Assembly (NCBI RefSeq): GCF_900232105.1
Contig: NZ_LT934425.1
Location: 1,020,001-1,052,000, forward strand
Direction of reading: 5' to 3'
Source of the DNA: Candidatus Kuenenia stuttgartensis
GTDB taxonomy: Bacteria > Planctomycetota > Brocadiia > Brocadiales > Brocadiaceae
DNA: 32,000 bases
The position numbers and the translations under genes were made by a program. How positions within the stretch are numbered: position 1 is the stretch's first letter; each line of letters starts with the position of its first letter. The notes below the pieces were generated by a model that had not been told where the DNA came from, did not search any database, and was given only the letters and a program-made list of their open reading frames with translations. Shown here piece by piece: positions 29,281-32,000 of this stretch.

Positions 29281-29418
29281 CATAAACCGTCATAGAGATC
29301 CTTCCATCCTGCATTCATTTCATTAATTAATTCTATTTTTTTGGCCCTTGAGCCACCCTTAATTTGCCTCTCCCGCGATATGGCGTTTCTTACGCCACGA
29401 AATATCTCGTAGTATACT
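29280..29418 (-). pseudogene. GIY-YIG nuclease C-terminal remnant
   Basis: Minus-strand SVYYEIFRGVRNAISRERQIKGGSRAKKIELINEMNAGWKDLYDGL* resembles the (YYE...AIxREKQIKGGSRxKKIELI...NPxWxDLY) tail of small GIY-YIG proteins; no N-terminal GIY-YIG part present. Confidence 0.75.
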
Positions 29419-29475
29419 GATTGCTTCGGAAAAAACCCTCGCAATGACAAGCGGAGAGACCCTCGCAATGACAAG
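29419..29475. repeat. Right inverted-repeat arm with two TGTCATTGCGAGGG units (reverse orientation)
   Basis: Reverse complement is cttgtcattgcgagggtctctccgcttgtcattgcgagggttttttccgaagcaatca. Confidence 0.92.
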
Positions 29476-29592
29476 CTGATACCTTTTGGATGGCCCTATA
29501 CATTTGAACCGGTACGGAAACAGAAATGCCAGATGCTTCCGACTCGAAAGTAAGACTACAAAAAACAGCTTGAGTACATATACTACAACACG

Positions 29593-29651
29593 ATATGGTT
29601 ATAAAACCATTTTCATCGTTTCCGGGTGTTGCAAATGAAACATGATGACTG
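29593..29651. repeat. Direct repeat copy 2 (pair with 29093-29151)
   Basis: atatggttataaaaccattttcatcgtttccgggtgttgcaaatgaaacatgatgactg. Confidence 0.93.
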
Positions 29652-29783
29652 TTTGGTAACGCAGTGGCAGCAGTGGCACTGGAAACTACATTCGCAGGTT
29701 TATAACCGTTCGGTTGATCTCACAACAAAGCCTGGACCAAAGCAAAGTAACACTTTAGTCTTTTGGAAAATGTACTACCTATA

Positions 29784-29940
29784 AGCTCCGTAGGAGCAGC
29801 CTGTTTGTCGCAAAATAGGATATTATAACAGATCTTAGAGACAGGTTTGAAACCTGTCTCTACAATTAGGAGCGACCTGTCTCTTGTAAATCCATATAAA
29901 CAGGCCTACCTGAATACGGACAGGCCGCTCCTACGGAGCT
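29784..29940. repeat. REP-like cluster: inverted AGCTCCGTAGGAGCRGCCTGT arms around a perfect 23 nt palindrome and a third partial core
   Basis: Left arm 29784-29806, palindrome gagacaggtttgaaacctgtctc 29838-29860, internal taggagcgacctgt, right arm 29920-29940. Confidence 0.9.
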
Positions 29941-30353
29941 ATTTACCCTATTGAATTTTATTGCGCTACTACAAACAGACCGCCCCTAACAGGGCTGCAT
30001 GGTATTTTTTCTATCACGGAAATTTTTCAAAAGACTAAAATGTTGCAAATTTTGTGATTTGGGCACTGGAATTTTATTGCAATACATGGCTCCATTATCC
30101 ACACAAACTCATGGTTTGCAAACCTTAATCCACTTGGAGTTAGGCTGGGAAGTAAATAAGGTACCCCCCTTGATTAATGCTTAATTTATAGACAATAAAA
30201 TGCATTTTGCTACTTTATTTGCCATGACACGACAAAGCGATGCATAGAATTTGAAGGGGCATACTATCGCACCTTATCGAGCGGAAATGAGTGTCTGAAG
30301 TTCAGGAGGGGGAAACGGTGGGGGCATTATTACAGGCAGCTCGTGAATTGTAA

Positions 30354-31118
30354 TTACAATTTTATACGCAATCCATCATAAGCGAGTTCCACGTTTTCAG
30401 GAAGCCTGCTATTTGTTGACTCATGCTCTATATCATGGCATATGTGGGTAAAATAGGTCTTTTGGGGCCTGACTTTAGAGACAATATCCAGCGCCTGGTC
30501 TATATTGAAATGCTTTGCGTGAGGCGTGTAGCGGAGTGCGCCCAGGACAAGGACGTCGAGATTCATTAATTTTGCCAATGAGTGATCGGGTATTTCACTC
30601 ACATCCGTTATATAAGCGAATCTTTCGAACCGATAGCCCGTAACGAGGCCATTCCCATGAATAGCGTCAATCGGCACAATGGAAAAACCGCCTATTTTTA
30701 CATTGCCATCAATGGCGTTAAGAGAAAAGCGGGGTACATAGCCATCGTTTTTTGCCCGGATATCAAACGCATAGGCGAAAATTCTTTTTATGCCCTCAAG
30801 GGTATCTGGTGTGCCATAAATAGGGATGTCTTTACGCTGTACAATATTGAACCGCCGGAGATCGTCCAGCCCGAAAATATGGTCTGCATGGATATGGGTT
30901 ATGAGGACGGCATCCAGCCTGGTAACGTTGTTCTTTATACATTGAAGCCTCATTTCCGGCGTGGCGTCGATAAGGATGTCGCAGCCATTTTCACAAACAA
31001 GAACTGACGTGCGCATCCTTTTATTCTTTGGATTATCGGAGGTACACACCTTGCAGTTGCATGCAATCATCGGTACGCCGTGCGATGTTCCCGTGCCCAG
31101 GAATATTACTTCCATCAT
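30354..31118 (-). CDS. MBL-fold metallo-hydrolase, PhnP-like
   Basis: VIFLGTGTSHGVPMIACNCKVCTSDNPKNKRMRTSVLV...DAVLITHIHADHIFGLDDLR...THICHDIEHE. Confidence 0.9.
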   Translation of the reverse strand: MMEVIFLGTGTSHGVPMIACNCKVCTSDNPKNKRMRTSVLVCENGCDILIDATPEMRLQCIKNNVTRLDAVLITHIHADHIFGLDDLRRFNIVQRKDIPIYGTPDTLEGIKRIFAYAFDIRAKNDGYVPRFSLNAIDGNVKIGGFSIVPIDAIHGNGLVTGYRFERFAYITDVSEIPDHSLAKLMNLDVLVLGALRYTPHAKHFNIDQALDIVSKVRPQKTYFTHICHDIEHESTNSRLPENVELAYDGLRIKL

Positions 31119-31303
31119 TTGTACCCTTTCAAAGGATATGAATACATTTAAGGGACTTGAAATTTTCTATTATGCTGCAGCAGTCGGTAGTCTACAGTCG
31201 GAAAATCGCAGGTTGAGGACTGCCGATTGCCGACCACAGAAGCAACAATTAATATTTTGTCAAAAATGCAATGAAATTACTAATAAGGTACTAAATTGTT
31301 ACG

Positions 31304-31999
31304 TTATTTGTGCCTTCGCATGCCAACACGTTGACTCCATATTTTTTTTACTATCCCGTCATCGTCTTCATCATAAATTTCACCCAAAATCTCTTCCAGA
31401 ATATCCTCCATGGTTACGATTCCAACGGGTTTTAAATTTTTACAAACTATTGCCATTTGGAGGTGATATGTCTGAAGATTTTTTAATATCTTCAAAATGG
31501 GGTCATTTACCTCTACAAAATAAGGCTCACGGACCAGGTTTGACAATGAAAAAGGGCTTTTTGTATCCATCATTGCAATGAACTCTTTCGTGTGCAAAAT
31601 GCCAAAAACCTTTAACTCTCCTTCTTCCGAAATAACAGGAATCCTTGTATGGCCGCAGGCAATTACCACCTTCAGTATGTCTTCTTTGTTCATTGATACG
31701 GGTATGGTTACTGCTTTGGAAAATGGAAGCATTATTTCAGAAACCTTTTTAAATCTCAAGGCAAATAGGTTTAAAATGTAGTCTTTGTGAAACGGAGGCA
31801 ATGATTCCAGGGAAAGTTCGGGGGTCACGGTTTTATCAGAAACCGTTGTACGAATACCAAACAGCGATAAGAGTTTTATCGTCGATTCTTCCAGGGTATG
31901 AATAACGGGCATGGCAACCTTTATCATTATTCTCAGGAAACGTCCCGATACTAAAGACACCTCTTCGGGGTAACGGATTGCAATTGCTTTTGGCACCAA
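31304..31999 (-). CDS. CorC/HlyC-type CBS-domain membrane-associated protein, N-terminus likely beyond window
   Basis: VSEIMLPFSKAVTIPVSMNKEDILKVVIACGHTRIPVISEEG...FGILHTKEFI...PVGIVTMEDILEEILGEIYDEDD; CNNM-like helix tail upstream. Confidence 0.85.
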   Translation of the reverse strand: MVPKAIAIRYPEEVSLVSGRFLRIMIKVAMPVIHTLEESTIKLLSLFGIRTTVSDKTVTPELSLESLPPFHKDYILNLFALRFKKVSEIMLPFSKAVTIPVSMNKEDILKVVIACGHTRIPVISEEGELKVFGILHTKEFIAMMDTKSPFSLSNLVREPYFVEVNDPILKILKNLQTYHLQMAIVCKNLKPVGIVTMEDILEEILGEIYDEDDDGIVKKIWSQRVGMRRHK

Positions 32000-32000
32000 T

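Noticed and set aside
29226-29475. CRISPR-like array from TGTCATTGCGAGGG units
   Set aside because: Units are paired in opposite orientations with irregular spacing and no cas genes in the window.

Overview
Mostly housekeeping bacterial DNA, probably from an anammox-type planctomycete; this is an impression from protein style and not proven here. Supported genes include ridA (edge), truA, a tRNA-binding domain protein, recN, an rRNA pseudouridine synthase, thiC-like, a BioD/DRTGG-like protein, an ADP-forming acyl-CoA synthetase, an AsmA-like protein, a DUF3326-like protein, a CBS protein, ftsH, an M20 peptidase, a DPM1-like glycosyltransferase, a UbiD-family decarboxylase, a flavodiiron protein, an ArnT-like/GT2/LAB_N cluster, a PhnP-like metallo-hydrolase and a CorC-like CBS protein. 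The accessory part is about 25.8-30.2 kb. It holds a complete IS1634-like insertion sequence (26210-28062) with 14 bp perfect end repeats and a 6 bp TTAAAG target duplication, an AF2212-like antitoxin with a frame-disrupted PIN toxin, and a nested repeat island. In that island a GIY-YIG C-terminal remnant sits between ~56 bp inverted repeats, which are inside ~59 bp direct repeats spaced exactly 500 bp apart. Several dispersed non-coding repeat families occur between genes. recN, thiC, the BioD/DRTGG gene, the acyl-CoA synthetase gene and the PIN gene all carry apparent single-base frameshifts with conserved protein sequence on both sides, which looks more like sequence error than old decay. 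I found no clearly new defence or metabolic system. The repeat island and the inverted-repeat-bounded DUF3326 segment are the best leads.
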